IMG/VR virus record: IMGVR_UViG_3300030451_006341
Location: 32,001-96,000 of that record
Length of the DNA: 64,000 bases
From: a virus
Strand: one strand, 5' to 3'
The first letter of the stretch is position 1; every line of letters starts with the position of its first letter. The translations under genes were made by a program, and so were the position numbers. Below the pieces are notes generated by a model. It was given only the letters and a program-made list of their open reading frames with translations. It did no database searches and was not told where the DNA came from. Of the stretch, positions 1-11,900 are shown one piece after another.

Positions 1-1120
1 CATGAGCAAACATAGTCATAACTTGAGTCTCAGTGTGTCCGTCAAAAGACATATCAAATGAAGCGCTCCTAAATGTAGAAACTGTATTAGTTGACCCTGT
101 GCTATCATGCATACCCGCACCATAATAAATCCATCTTGGCTTATCAGAAGTTGTAGAATCACCTATAAAACCAAAGTCTTGAGTATTGAGAGACCAGCTA
201 CCAGTCAACAAGACAATGCCTTCATCGTACAATGCTACTCCAGCAACTGAGCCTGTGCCTGTAGAGCCTGGTGGTCCAACTTGCACCAACTCTCCATTTT
301 GTTTATAGTCTTTTAGTTCACCCACCATTGAGCCACTAATGTAAAATCTTAAGGAAATTGAACCAGGATTAATTTTTGTGCCGTAAAATATTGATGGAAT
401 AGAAATTAAATTTAAAGTTTGTTCATTTTTATTTCCAAGCGAAGACGAAACTACATGTGCTCTACTTCTATATCCATAGTAATTTAATCGATTTCTTAAT
501 GCTACGTAATGAGCATTATACCTACCATCAGACGCCGATGGGTGAGTAATATATTCACGAGATACACTGGCTGATAACGGATAAACGGCAGTTAAAACAT
601 CGCCATATTTAAACGCCGTTGAGTAATCAACACTAGTTACTGTTTTCCATGATGAGCGGGCACCGTTTTTAGTAATGTATGGATAGATGATACCCAAATC
701 TTGAACAAAATCAATGGGAGTACCTAAAGAATCATAAAAATCTTTTCTATTTGAATAAGTTGTGACGTTTACAAAGTCGCCGTCTTTTTCAGCATTTAAG
801 CCTGTAAAGCTACCAACTATTCTATCAGTTTGTAAGTACGGTCTATCAATGTTATATTCATATAAACTTACATGACCTGAACCTATGTTTCTTACATTTT
901 TAAAAGTATTAGTGTTTGTTACCGTGGCGCCTTTATTAAACTCTGCAGCATCTGGTGGCACTTGTGGAATATTTACGTTACCAGCTACATTACGAACACC
1001 GTCTTGCTCTGGCACATTGTTATAGTAAACTTTTCCTTCATGCACATAAAAGCTTACTTTTGGAAAAGATCTTACAGTATTTGTAAAGAAATCATTTTTT
1101 CCAAATTTCCTAAAAGACAT
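1..1120 (-). CDS. Virion structural protein, partial (runs off the window edge); paralog of 1151-2227; missing from the ORF track
   Basis: ATG at 1120 with GGAG SD at 1128-1131. Translated by hand at both ends in the same frame: MSFRKFGKNDFFTNTV... and ...SASFDMSFDGHTETQVMTMFAH. Segments GSVAGVALYDEG and SFDGHTETQVMTMFAH parallel GVIFYQAG and SFNNTTEINSKIYFCR in 1151-2227. Confidence 0.8.
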   Translation of the reverse strand, partial: MSFRKFGKNDFFTNTVRSFPKVSFYVHEGKVYYNNVPEQDGVRNVAGNVNIPQVPPDAAEFNKGATVTNTNTFKNVRNIGSGHVSLYEYNIDRPYLQTDRIVGSFTGLNAEKDGDFVNVTTYSNRKDFYDSLGTPIDFVQDLGIIYPYITKNGARSSWKTVTSVDYSTAFKYGDVLTAVYPLSASVSREYITHPSASDGRYNAHYVALRNRLNYYGYRSRAHVVSSSLGNKNEQTLNLISIPSIFYGTKINPGSISLRFYISGSMVGELKDYKQNGELVQVGPPGSTGTGSVAGVALYDEGIVLLTGSWSLNTQDFGFIGDSTTSDKPRWIYYGAGMHDSTGSTNTVSTFRSASFDMSFDGHTETQVMTMFAH

Positions 1121-1136
1121 ACACTATCTCCAGTAT

Positions 1137-1143
1137 TAATTAG
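1137..1143 (-). promoter_or_regulatory. Candidate late promoter motif CTAATTA
   Basis: 16 nt upstream of ATG 1120 and just upstream of the SD; one of 8 positionally conserved copies. Confidence 0.5.
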
Positions 1144-1150
1144 CACAATA

Positions 1151-2227
1151 CTAATAATCTAGTCTAACACGGAGTATCAATTCGTTGCTTGGATCTTTCT
1201 TGAGTGGTTCTGATAGTTTTGCAGTTGCCAATAATTCATTAGCCGCACTGTAAAGGCCAACTGTTGTAATATATGAAACAGGTGGATCAGTTGCTACTTC
1301 TTTTACAACAATTTTTGAACCACTTAGGTATGTTGGATTGGAGCTATAATTATACTTATTGTGTGGCACACGACAGAAATAAATCTTAGAGTTGATTTCA
1401 GTTGTATTGTTGAATGATAAGTTTTGAATTCTGTGCCTAAATGCATCACATGCGCCGCTTATTGATGATGACGCTAAAGTTTGCAACGCAGTTCTATCAG
1501 AATCAGTAGCAGATAAGCCATATACTGAACCACTTTGAAAATCAGATACACCACCAAAAACTGATGAGCTAAGAACCGCGATTCCTGCTTGATAGAATAT
1601 AACTCCGTGGGATACTGTGTGGCCTCCCGTACTGCTAGACAGAATTAATTCTCCATAATCTCCACCAACTGTGTTAGTAGTACCAGCAGTTGCGGATGAG
1701 GAAATATCAAAAAGTGTTCTAGTACCTGCAAATGGGGCAGCGTGTGAGCCTGTACCTAGTGTAATACTAAACGATCCTTTTTTGATTTGATCTTTTGTTA
1801 ATAATCTTGAAAAATTTATGAAGAAACAATTTAACATAGAGCCAGTTGAGTCTAACGTTAAATCATTTTCAAATTTTCTAACACCATCGGTAGTTGAGCC
1901 CGTGTACCCTAATAGTGTTTGAGCAAACTGATTATAAAGATTGATTTTTTTAGAGTTTTGCGTAGTGCTAGAACCTGAAAGTGTGCTTGTTTCATCAAAC
2001 CCAATTGTTAAATCAAAAATATGGTTGGCCGATGAGCTTAAATATGGGTAGTCATAAACAGACTGAAACATTCCGTGAGAATAATTCTTTATATTTTCAT
2101 CATTCGGAAAAGTTCCATACGTTCCACTAACAATGGTTCCAGTCAAAGGAATTACTTCGTGCAAAAGCGTTCTTGTTGTTGTGATGTCTGAATTAATGTC
2201 TAAATTTTCATAATTTTTTACGGGCAT
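1151..2227 (-). CDS. Virion structural (baseplate/tail-fibre attachment) protein
   Basis: 358 aa with GGAG SD. C-terminal YITTVGLYSAANELLATAKLSEPLKK..LRVRLDY resembles the C-half of the P2 gpH/DUF3751 tail-collar domain. Lies in the baseplate module. Confidence 0.6.
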   Translation of the reverse strand: MPVKNYENLDINSDITTTRTLLHEVIPLTGTIVSGTYGTFPNDENIKNYSHGMFQSVYDYPYLSSSANHIFDLTIGFDETSTLSGSSTTQNSKKINLYNQFAQTLLGYTGSTTDGVRKFENDLTLDSTGSMLNCFFINFSRLLTKDQIKKGSFSITLGTGSHAAPFAGTRTLFDISSSATAGTTNTVGGDYGELILSSSTGGHTVSHGVIFYQAGIAVLSSSVFGGVSDFQSGSVYGLSATDSDRTALQTLASSSISGACDAFRHRIQNLSFNNTTEINSKIYFCRVPHNKYNYSSNPTYLSGSKIVVKEVATDPPVSYITTVGLYSAANELLATAKLSEPLKKDPSNELILRVRLDY

Positions 2228-2242
2228 TTATTTTCTCCAATT

Positions 2243-3256
2243 TTAGCCGCTGGCATATCTAATAAGTCTTATTGGTAATTGAGTTACTACAGTAGAATTG
2301 TTTCCAATTACATTTATAGTGGTATCAATATAATCATACAAAACGCCGTCACCATAAACATTTTGTGATACTTTACCACTTCTATTGTATTCTTCTGGCC
2401 TTGTTGCTGTCGATATGCTTCTTAGTGAATCAATAATGTTAACATTAAAGCACGCAAAAACACCTCGGGGGCCACTGATTATTGAATGATCTATACGATC
2501 AACCGTTGGTGCATATAATAGATTTTGAGCAGTTGTAATCATATAGTTGCTATAGTTAACAAGCCCAGCAGATACACCACCTGCTGGCACTGTTGTTTCT
2601 GAATTAAATGCAGGAATTGTAGATTCAGTTGATGTTGCACCTGCAGAAAAAGTTCTACGATCAATGTGCATACCGTTAAAAAATCTGTTGTCCGCTTGCA
2701 CAGTCATAGTAGTGTCGATTAAATCATTTCCAACTAAATATGTATTTCTATTTGTAGAATTAGCTGCTAACTCAGTTGTATCAAGACCAGTTTCAAGGTA
2801 AATAACTTTTGCATCATCGCCAGTAGAAAGAGCATTTGCTTTGCCAATAAATTTGCTTGCGGTACCGCCACCTAAAGAAGTGAGTAATTTTGTAGCTGTT
2901 TCAGCGTTAACAGCAAATGTTAAAACTCCATCTCTTGGCGTAACACAATGTGTAATTTTTGTATTTAATCTAATATCTGGCATATATAAAAGGTCGCGTC
3001 TTGTGATTGATAAAAGACCATAATTGATGGCAGAGTTTTGAGCGGTAACAGCTTCAAAAACTGGTGTTTGTAAAATTTCTAAATCGTAATATGCAGATCC
3101 TGATGCATGTTCCTTGTTGTATAGCCTGTAATCAATCTCGTCATCACCTAAAGCAAATTTAACGATATTAAAATTACCGTTTGCCATTCTACGGCGGCCT
3201 ACTTCTGTCAAAACTGCATCAAGTATTATGTCGCCAGAGTTATCTAAAAAAGCCAT
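2243..3256 (-). CDS. Virion structural protein, paralog of 3318-4334
   Basis: 337 aa; N-terminal DAVLTEVGRRRMANGNFNIVKFALGDDEIDY; GAGG SD. Confidence 0.65.
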   Translation of the reverse strand: MAFLDNSGDIILDAVLTEVGRRRMANGNFNIVKFALGDDEIDYRLYNKEHASGSAYYDLEILQTPVFEAVTAQNSAINYGLLSITRRDLLYMPDIRLNTKITHCVTPRDGVLTFAVNAETATKLLTSLGGGTASKFIGKANALSTGDDAKVIYLETGLDTTELAANSTNRNTYLVGNDLIDTTMTVQADNRFFNGMHIDRRTFSAGATSTESTIPAFNSETTVPAGGVSAGLVNYSNYMITTAQNLLYAPTVDRIDHSIISGPRGVFACFNVNIIDSLRSISTATRPEEYNRSGKVSQNVYGDGVLYDYIDTTINVIGNNSTVVTQLPIRLIRYASG

Positions 3257-3276
3257 TTAATTTCCTCTCTCTTTCA

Positions 3277-3283
3277 TAAATAG
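3277..3283 (-). promoter_or_regulatory. Candidate late promoter motif CTATTTA
   Basis: AACTATTTA in the intergenic gap, 20 nt upstream of ATG 3256. Confidence 0.55.
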
Positions 3284-3317
3284 TTTGTTTTTTGTTTGTC
3301 GACACCATAAAATATAA

Positions 3318-4334
3318 TTACCCTTCAACATATCTTACAATCCTAAGTGGTATCGAAAGTCTATAATTTGTTGAAAGTCCTTGTATGTAAATAGTTGTAT
3401 CAATAAAATCGTATAAATTACCACTACCAAACAAGTCATTACTTGTATTACCTAAAAAAGAATACCTATGATTTCCATCACCAGTTGGTTCGTTTAACAA
3501 TTCAGGTATTAGCTCAAAATTTAAACCAGCTATTGAAGCACGAGGGCCATCAAATGCAGAATATTTTTCACTGTGAGCAGCACTGGAGTACTGATATATT
3601 TTATTGTCGGTCATAGTTATTTTATACACTTCATAAGTGTCGTCTATCTTAGGTAATGATATTTTAATAGCTTTTTGTAGTGGGCCAAAATTTTGTTTTA
3701 AATTATTATTTGCGTCGTTTTTAAAAATTGAATTTGATGGAGACACTAATAAATTTTTAATTAGTTTTGAATCAGCATACGCCAAAACATATTTGTCATA
3801 TAACCCTAAATTTAAAATATAAGTATTTTTGTTTTCTACAGTGGGCACAAGTTCTGCCGCTACAAACTCTGAGGGTATTTCAATTCCTGATTCTATTAAA
3901 ATTTTATTTTGTTCATAGTTGGCTTGATTAAGAATTTTATTTGAATCCTGTAAGTCTTCCTTTAATTTTCTTGTCGTAGTCTTGTTTACGGACAAATAAT
4001 AATATCCATCGCTATGTTGTTTTACTGACGAATCTACCTTGTCATTAGTTTTTAATATTGGTATGTATAAAATATCTGGTCTTCTCAAATTTAAAAGTCC
4101 GTGTGTTATATTAGCTTCCTGCGAACCAAATGCTTCCAAAACAGGCGGCAATAATGAATCATCAATTGTAGCACTACTTGTGCCCGAAGCTTTTGTTACA
4201 AATTCATAATTAATTTCGTCGTCACCAAGGGCAAACTTGACAACTTTAAATTTTCCTTGAGCCATGTATTTTCTACCTAGATCAGTTAAAGCTGCGTCAA
4301 TTATAATCCCGCCTGCGCTATCTTGAAATGCCAT
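3318..4334 (-). CDS. Virion structural protein, paralog of 2243-3256
   Basis: 338 aa; shares the N-terminal DAALTDLGR..KFALGDDEINY and C-terminal LYDFIDTTIY..IPLRIVRY with the neighbouring gene. Confidence 0.65.
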   Translation of the reverse strand: MAFQDSAGGIIIDAALTDLGRKYMAQGKFKVVKFALGDDEINYEFVTKASGTSSATIDDSLLPPVLEAFGSQEANITHGLLNLRRPDILYIPILKTNDKVDSSVKQHSDGYYYLSVNKTTTRKLKEDLQDSNKILNQANYEQNKILIESGIEIPSEFVAAELVPTVENKNTYILNLGLYDKYVLAYADSKLIKNLLVSPSNSIFKNDANNNLKQNFGPLQKAIKISLPKIDDTYEVYKITMTDNKIYQYSSAAHSEKYSAFDGPRASIAGLNFELIPELLNEPTGDGNHRYSFLGNTSNDLFGSGNLYDFIDTTIYIQGLSTNYRLSIPLRIVRYVEG

Positions 4335-4359
4335 ATTGTTTTACCCTAAAATATACTTA

Positions 4360-7300
4360 TTAAGTTTCTCTTGTTGATTCGTTTCCTAAATTATATTTAA
4401 TATTTAAATCAATTTTTTTACCTGTTTTTTTAGATGTTAACCTAAATTTAAACTTTTTACCCCATATTAATTCCTTTGCAGTGCCTACTGGAATTTGGGC
4501 ATCGTCGTATAATCGTTCAATATCTATGCCTGTTGTGCCTGATTGGCCTGGGATTTCAGTATGTCTAGGATTGGGTGTAATTTGAATTAATTTTTTGAAA
4601 TCAATTGATATTTGTTTTGGATTATATTGCACTAAATCTGTTTCAAACATTGTGTCAAAAACAGCATACTTGTAGCCACCATCATCAACCAGTTCAGCAA
4701 CTTGTATAGGAGATACATAACCTGTTACACCATTTGCATTAACAAACTTAAACAAGTAATAATATTTTTTATTTGTTTTTACAGCTTCTTCATAGAAACA
4801 GTTTGTATAATTGTAATCATAATCATATTCTACACTTAATTGTTTTTGAAAAACTAGATTATTATCAAAATCTTTTAAAGTTTGTGGTTTATAATCTATT
4901 CTATAAACGTTTACTGTTGTTATTGGAGATATTGAGTAATCATAAATCATTTGCTGCTCAAGCATGCTATTTGAAGATAAATAATTTGATTTATTCAATT
5001 CCTCAGCTGGTGTAATTGGTGTTGGATATAACCCATATTTACTGTTTACATCTTGAAATTTTTTTTGTGATTCTGAATTCAATGAAGGTGACTCTTGGTT
5101 AATATAAAACCCTATAATGTTTGAGTTATCTTTTCTTTGATAAGGACTAACATCGCAAGCAACAGGTGGATGATCTAAAACTTTAAATGAATGTGTGCTC
5201 AGTGGTACTTGTATTATTTTTAATCCTGGTTCAACTTCGTAATGAAAATCGGCTAAATATTTATTTGCTGCTTTGATTGTTGCATTTGTTACATATTGAC
5301 TTATCAATGATTTGTCAACCAAATCATAGGTTGTTCCTACGGGTGGTGAACCAGTGGATGCCCAAGAAGCCCAAATTCCACTTCTAATAGAATAAGTTTC
5401 ATTTATTTTTGCCCAATCTTTATATAAATTCATTAGTGCTCTATCGTCTGTCATAACGCTGCTCTCAATAGTTCCATATTCTTCTGAGAATAGAGTATTT
5501 AAAGCTGCATAAGCGGCGGTACGGCCTGCTCCTTCTAATAAATTGTGCCCTGTTAAGTCATATACCCAATCTATAAATGCTACACCAGCATTGGTATATA
5601 CACCTGATTCTACAAATGGATAAACAACTGGACTTTCTAAAGAGGCAAGTATATTAGTTTGTGTGTCCATCAGTTGACTTGTTGGTTCGCCACTTTCAGG
5701 ATCAGTAAACTGAACACAATAAATCTCTGGACTACCTGGAACAGCAGCATCTACTGTAAGAGATGTTATAATTTCATCACTACCTACCAAATTTGTTCTT
5801 CCAATTAATTTACCTATTCGTAAATTAGAATATTTTTGTTTAATACCAGGGACAACCATGTATGCATACAAAGAATAAGTATATTCTTCACCATATTTTA
5901 CTTGAGTATCATAATATGTAAACACATCACCATCTTTTGATAGGCCATTTTCATAATTATTAAAAAGATAAATATCTTGTATTTTTCGGCGCGCTGTAAC
6001 TGATTCGCCTACAGGTGGACCTCCCACTTTTTCAATTCTATACGCTATTACTTCTGGTTCTGTGGTTAAAGTATCATCAAAAATTTGATCAGTTATTCTT
6101 ACAAAATTTGTAGCTTCTGCAACAGTGGATGTGTTAAAGTTATATTTTAAATCAAAAAAACTATTAATATTTGAAACAGATTTTTCTAATGCCCTAAGTG
6201 CGTTTTGTGTTTTGTTATATCTATATGCAGCCACAGGGTTTCTAGAAAAATTTATTTCATTCATATTAGAATTTATCACAAACTCGTCAAATTCTTCTTG
6301 TACAGTATTATTTTTCATAATATCAAATAGCATTCCAAAAAAATCCACTGAATTTGAGTTTTGTTCAAATGATTGTGTAATTTGTGTAATTGTGCTGAGT
6401 TCAGAATCTGTTTCATAAAATTCGCTTTGATTAACAAATTCAATAGTTTGAGTCTGACCTCCCATTGAGCCACCCACAAAAGAACCTCTCAAGTATGACA
6501 GTACTTCTTCTTGTAAATTATTATCAGAAATTATTTTTGTGTAACTGTCTTTTGTAGAATCTGCTGCGCTTGTAGCAGATGTTGGGTGAACAGGAAAACT
6601 AATTCTACCGTACATTGGATAACGAATAATTCTTGGGTCATCTTCAGATTCTTCTTGGAATTCGGCTATTACATCTCTCAAAGCAAGTCCTGTAAAGTAC
6701 AAATTTTTTGTTTTATCTTCAATATAATCAGAAGTAGCTTCACTTACATCATTTTTTACAAATGAGTTTTTCAAATAATTTCTTAAATATAGTGCTCTAT
6801 CTTTGTGATTGCCGTCACCAGTTCTATCAGTAGCGCCAATTTTAATTGATAAAATATATGGTGGTGGCGATTTAGTGAGTTGTTCATCTTTTGGAGCATG
6901 TGGATTTTTTATAAACGTGTCCACATTTTCTCTAGAAACAAACGCCTCAAGTTCTGGTCTTACATTTTCGGCAAATTCAGTTTCGTCACCATCTGTTGAA
7001 AGTGCATACACTTCATTAAAATATATATTTGGTAATTGTTTTTCCTCTAAATTGGCAATGTGCTCTTGATAAGTACGTAAATAGCTGTTGTATTTATAGC
7101 CTATATCGTAACTGTTTAAGTCTGGCTTGGATATGCCCGCATTTTCAGCCGCTAATTCTATTTTATTCTTTTCTAATTGATAGTAATATGTATCATATTT
7201 GTGGCCATACGTATCATATACTCCATCAGTAAAAATTTTTTCATATTGTTCAGGACCGTACTGACCTCCTAAAATAATACTTTTCCATTCATCACTATTT

Positions 7301-7653
7301 TTTATTTCGCTATCTTTACCAATAATTCTAACAGGGTATCGATATCTTTTAATAGGACCAGTTGAAGAAGTGGTTATCATATCAGCGTTTAATTGTATAT
7401 ATTTTACTTTATATGGCGTGGTAAGTTCATAGGCATCAACATCATTTAATTTTCCAGCATGAGCTGTATCAACTTTTTTGACCCTTAAATATGTTCCTAT
7501 TGATGGAGGTTCATCGCCAATAGTAATCCCTGGATCGAAGCTAGAACGATAAGTGCCTCCTACCAATCTTCTAAAAGTATCAGCAGAACCAGTAAAAAAG
7601 TTTTTATCCAATTTAAATACTTTTATATTTTTTGTAAAATCTGAAGTTGACAT
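4360..7653 (-). CDS. Large hypothetical protein, probably virion-associated
   Basis: 1097-aa ORF packed within the structural module; no recognisable catalytic motif. Confidence 0.5.
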   Translation of the reverse strand: MSTSDFTKNIKVFKLDKNFFTGSADTFRRLVGGTYRSSFDPGITIGDEPPSIGTYLRVKKVDTAHAGKLNDVDAYELTTPYKVKYIQLNADMITTSSTGPIKRYRYPVRIIGKDSEIKNSDEWKSIILGGQYGPEQYEKIFTDGVYDTYGHKYDTYYYQLEKNKIELAAENAGISKPDLNSYDIGYKYNSYLRTYQEHIANLEEKQLPNIYFNEVYALSTDGDETEFAENVRPELEAFVSRENVDTFIKNPHAPKDEQLTKSPPPYILSIKIGATDRTGDGNHKDRALYLRNYLKNSFVKNDVSEATSDYIEDKTKNLYFTGLALRDVIAEFQEESEDDPRIIRYPMYGRISFPVHPTSATSAADSTKDSYTKIISDNNLQEEVLSYLRGSFVGGSMGGQTQTIEFVNQSEFYETDSELSTITQITQSFEQNSNSVDFFGMLFDIMKNNTVQEEFDEFVINSNMNEINFSRNPVAAYRYNKTQNALRALEKSVSNINSFFDLKYNFNTSTVAEATNFVRITDQIFDDTLTTEPEVIAYRIEKVGGPPVGESVTARRKIQDIYLFNNYENGLSKDGDVFTYYDTQVKYGEEYTYSLYAYMVVPGIKQKYSNLRIGKLIGRTNLVGSDEIITSLTVDAAVPGSPEIYCVQFTDPESGEPTSQLMDTQTNILASLESPVVYPFVESGVYTNAGVAFIDWVYDLTGHNLLEGAGRTAAYAALNTLFSEEYGTIESSVMTDDRALMNLYKDWAKINETYSIRSGIWASWASTGSPPVGTTYDLVDKSLISQYVTNATIKAANKYLADFHYEVEPGLKIIQVPLSTHSFKVLDHPPVACDVSPYQRKDNSNIIGFYINQESPSLNSESQKKFQDVNSKYGLYPTPITPAEELNKSNYLSSNSMLEQQMIYDYSISPITTVNVYRIDYKPQTLKDFDNNLVFQKQLSVEYDYDYNYTNCFYEEAVKTNKKYYYLFKFVNANGVTGYVSPIQVAELVDDGGYKYAVFDTMFETDLVQYNPKQISIDFKKLIQITPNPRHTEIPGQSGTTGIDIERLYDDAQIPVGTAKELIWGKKFKFRLTSKKTGKKIDLNIKYNLGNESTRET

Positions 7654-7655
7654 GT

Positions 7656-8327
7656 TTAATAAGTAGTGCTGGTAATAGTTGTTGTGAGTGTTGTATCAAT
7701 ATTAAGGTTTGTGGTTCCAGTGGTTGACGTTTCATCTTGCAGAGTTTCAAAAGTTCCCAAATCTTTATCAACTCTAATTACATTTGGGATATTTTCTCTT
7801 GTGGTGATAGTCATAGCTAAATCGCTTGTATAAGTTTTTATTTTTGTATCAATAACATGATCTAAATGTGACACTCCCGTTGGTGTAGTTGGTATACTTG
7901 AATATTCTAAACCACCAAATTTATATTGCAGTGCTTTTTTTTCTCTATCATCATAATCGATATTAGAACTTTTTCCCATACCTGAAGTAGCGGGGCCAGT
8001 ATAAGACGTGGCCGAACTAATACTAATGTCAGGACCCTCATCGAAATACAATGGGACTGTAGCACCGTGTCTATCTGAATAGTCTCCATCTCCAAAAGAT
8101 ATATCTGAATCAAGCGTAAAGGTTGTTTTACCAATACCCACAGTTAGTTGGTCAATACTCACATCAGCACGTTCATACGAAAATTCAGCATCTAAAATAT
8201 CGGTTGAATCTAACCCAGCAGTATAATCAAATTGCATATCATCAGCAACAACAAACCCGTGGTCATCAAATGTGCTTGATGTACTAAGACCCGTTAAAAA
8301 TTTTATAATTTTATCAGATGGTTCCAT
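7656..8327 (-). CDS. Hypothetical acidic, Thr-rich protein
   Basis: 223 aa; AAGG SD; tightly packed; Thr-rich tail ending in Tyr. Confidence 0.55.
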   Translation of the reverse strand: MEPSDKIIKFLTGLSTSSTFDDHGFVVADDMQFDYTAGLDSTDILDAEFSYERADVSIDQLTVGIGKTTFTLDSDISFGDGDYSDRHGATVPLYFDEGPDISISSATSYTGPATSGMGKSSNIDYDDREKKALQYKFGGLEYSSIPTTPTGVSHLDHVIDTKIKTYTSDLAMTITTRENIPNVIRVDKDLGTFETLQDETSTTGTTNLNIDTTLTTTITSTTY

Positions 8328-8332
8328 TTAAC

Positions 8333-8932
8333 TTAAATTCCTTTAAATGCTCTTATTGTTGGTACACCAGGAACAACAAAATTTAAACTTATAATTTTAC
8401 TAACAACGTTGGTGCAATTAGTGTAATTTTTAACAGCTTTAATTTGTTGGTTAATTTTTTGATTATCCAGTGGTATTTCAGGGTCTAAATTGAAAATTGA
8501 GTCTTCAGTATTTTTAAAAACATTATTGATTTGTATTGTTTCGTTTTTTAAGTTTTTAAAAAAATTAGCGTCAAATTTGTTAGGATTATCAACAACTTCA
8601 GTATCAGTTTGATCATTAACTAAACTGTAGTGTGGGTTTTTTAAAACATCATCATTTATTAGCGAGCAACCCATTAAAGACAAAATTTCAGTTGCCATTG
8701 CATTGTTAGATGGCATATTTGAAGGTAGTATAATTTGCATTTCTCGGGCTTGTAGTGTAAGAGTTCTAATATTCGCTGAAGTCCTTGTAGGTGAATTAAT
8801 AATGTAGCCAGAAATATTCAAATTTGATAAAGAATTTAAAAAAGCTCTAGATTTGCTTGTACCTAAACCTCCAGCTGGAATTCTTTTTGTAGTTCTTTTG
8901 TGTACTCCAGGTGTGAATGAAATTCTACCCAT
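8333..8932 (-). CDS. Hypothetical protein
   Basis: 199 aa; AAGGA SD; late-type motif upstream. Confidence 0.6.
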   Translation of the reverse strand: MGRISFTPGVHKRTTKRIPAGGLGTSKSRAFLNSLSNLNISGYIINSPTRTSANIRTLTLQAREMQIILPSNMPSNNAMATEILSLMGCSLINDDVLKNPHYSLVNDQTDTEVVDNPNKFDANFFKNLKNETIQINNVFKNTEDSIFNLDPEIPLDNQKINQQIKAVKNYTNCTNVVSKIISLNFVVPGVPTIRAFKGI

Positions 8933-8954
8933 AATATGTTTCCTTTTATATATG

Positions 8955-8961
8955 TAATTAG
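8955..8961 (-). promoter_or_regulatory. Candidate late promoter motif CTAATTA
   Basis: Intergenic, 22 nt upstream of ATG 8932. Confidence 0.5.
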
Positions 8962-8986
8962 ATAGTAAAAAAATTTGTTATAGCAA

Positions 8987-11900
8987 TTATGAAACGATGT
9001 CGGTAAGGGTAGTGCCAGTGCTGGTTATATCAGGGTCTGTTGCTAAATCAAGAACATCAGTTCCCTGTTGAATAGTAGCTGCACCACTAGCAAATTCATA
9101 AACACCAGTAAACATTTTCAACCTTTGGGGATAGATATCTGCAACTTTAGCCATGTTACTTGGCAAGCCACCGACGGTGGTAAACCCATATTCGTCAACA
9201 TTTTGTATAAAAGAATTTCTATTTTGTACTATATCTTCGAAAATGTGCTGCTTAAGGGATAACCCATCATCAAGGGTGAAAGTTGAAATCTCTGCAAATG
9301 TAAATCCCGTCGAATTATTACCATAACTAACATAGTTTTGCGTTCTTTTTGCCATTATACAATATGTAGCTAATACAACTCCAACTAAATTATCACACAA
9401 TGTTCTATAATCTAAATAAAGGTCGCCAGAATCTTTTACACCTGCATCGATAAGATCGGCTGAGACCGCGGAGTACTCACGCGTTGCATCAATGGCATTT
9501 ACATCCCTAATTTTATTAATCACTGTCATCCCGCTTCTTTCAGATGCGGTTTCGTAACGTTTCAAAATGATATTGCCAAAATCTTGTTGTACTTTTCTTT
9601 TAACTGATATTATGTATTCAAGTGCTATTCCTTCTGGGCTGTATCTGCCAGGTGATTCAGCCATTAAATCTGATGAGACAGTGGCTTGTTGAACTGTCAT
9701 TAATGAATGTTTGTGAATCATATCAATTTGTTCAGACGTCGAAAGAAAAGCATCGTAAACAATAGCCTCAACTTCAATGTGATGTATAACTCTCTCAACT
9801 ATATATTTGGCTACTGTTGTGCCAAGAATTTTATTATATGAATCATGATAACCATCACCCATAATAATGGCACTGTAAAACGTTGCATCATAATATCCAG
9901 ATAAATATGAACTCACATCGCTATAACTAAGGCCCCCATAGTCATCAGCTCCCGAACTAATCGAATCAAGCATTGTGCGTAATGCGCCACTATTATAATT
10001 GTACATAGCAAAATATTGTCGATGTAAAGAACCATCGAAGATCACGATCCCTGCTGCGCTAGAATATGTATAGTCTGGTATGTGACCTTCAACACAATAG
10101 TAAGACACAAGATATCTTGAAAATTTCCAAATTTGACTTACACAATCACTCATTATATCCAAGCCTTCTGGCATGCCATCTGAAATTGTATTAACAAAAT
10201 TAATTGGTTCTGGTATTTGATTAAACATTTCACACTGCAATGTTGTTTCTGAGCCATCTCCATTACCATTGTGAAATCTACGAGTTTCAACACGGCCTGC
10301 TAACTCGCTAATATTAGTAAACTCAGAAAATCCACCCAAAACCATTCTTTGCATAATTGACGTGCCAGAATCAATCCCGCCAAAACTGGAACCTGGAAAT
10401 TGCGTTTCTATCAAATCTCTTACTTTAGCATCAAAAGCTAAAAGGCCTGTTAATGTTCCATTTGTGGGGGCTATTTTTTCACTTTCGCGCAGTGCTTCGT
10501 CAAACATCAAAGCAGTGTTTCCACCGTATACGTCAAAAATCATATCAATTTGCATGTGATATAAAATACACATTTGAAACCATGGAGCAGATGTTGGGTC
10601 ATCCTCATAATCAGCTATAATTTTAGTAATAAAAAATTCATTAAATTTTTGATCATATGAATTATAGTTACAATCTTCAATAGCAGCATCAACATATCTT
10701 TTAAAATTTTCATTATAGTAATCCATAAATCGTTTTACTATTGCAGCAACAACTTGACCAGTTTTATCTTCGACCATCACTTGATGTTGCAAAAATGAAT
10801 ATGGAAATTCAACTTCTGTTAAAAGGTCAGTTTCAATATATGGGCCTGCGACTTCTTGGTGTTCAAAACAAAAAAGCCTATATCCAGTGTCATCAGAAGT
10901 AGCATAAAATCTATCTGCTGAATTTGAGTAGCCAGAAAGTTCTGCTGAAGGGAATTGAAAAGCTCTATTAGTTAGGTATGTATACTGTGTTCCAGTTTGA
11001 TCTATTATATCACGACCCAATTCCAAGGCTGCTAAACCTCCAATATCTGTTGGATCTGTGACGGTACCAACATTATATTCAGGCTGATATTGTGTAACAT
11101 TGAACTGCATTGAACGACCACCAATCCCGCTAGTTCCCATAGAATCAAAATCAACTATTGGGTCAAAAGCAAGAAAAGATGTTTCTTCAGCTACAACATG
11201 ATTAGAAACTACATGTGTGCCGTCAGAATTAAAAACACATTGTATTCTTCCTACATTTTCTAATCTCTCATCCGATGGCGTAACACCAACTCGCCCACTA
11301 GCAGGTGTAAATTCTTTTGAAAGTTTTCTTAAGCTGTTGCGTTTTTGATGATATCTTCGAACAGATGCATCTGTTACTTTGTACGTATGGCTAAAAATTG
11401 CAGGTCCAAAATAATTTTCAACATTACTAATCTTATAAGCGTACGATGCCATTGATGTTTGTTTTAAAGCTTTTTCATAATCAAACCACCAATAACCACC
11501 TAAATAAGCATTTGTTTCAGTAATTTGAGCAACAGAACCAGCACTTGTAGCATATTCTAATTTCATAAAAAGCTCAATAGCAATCGACAATGAATATAAC
11601 ACACAAAGAATACTATTTGGATTGGTTAGTGCGTAGTACATTTGGGATCTCCTAACTGGGCCTGTGCTTCCAGGGCCAGAAGATGCAGGATCCACAAGGG
11701 CATTCCCAGTGGTAACTTCGCCAACGATACTGTAATAATTTTCCCATGCTTCGGAAGCTCTCTCTGAAAATTTATTAGCAAGTGTGACCACTACTTTTTT
11801 TATGGAAGTGGATGCGCTGCCACGCGATCCCTCGGTAACAACATCATCAAGTGCATCAGCGAGTTTATTATATATTGAGCCTGCTTCTTCTTTAGCTAAA

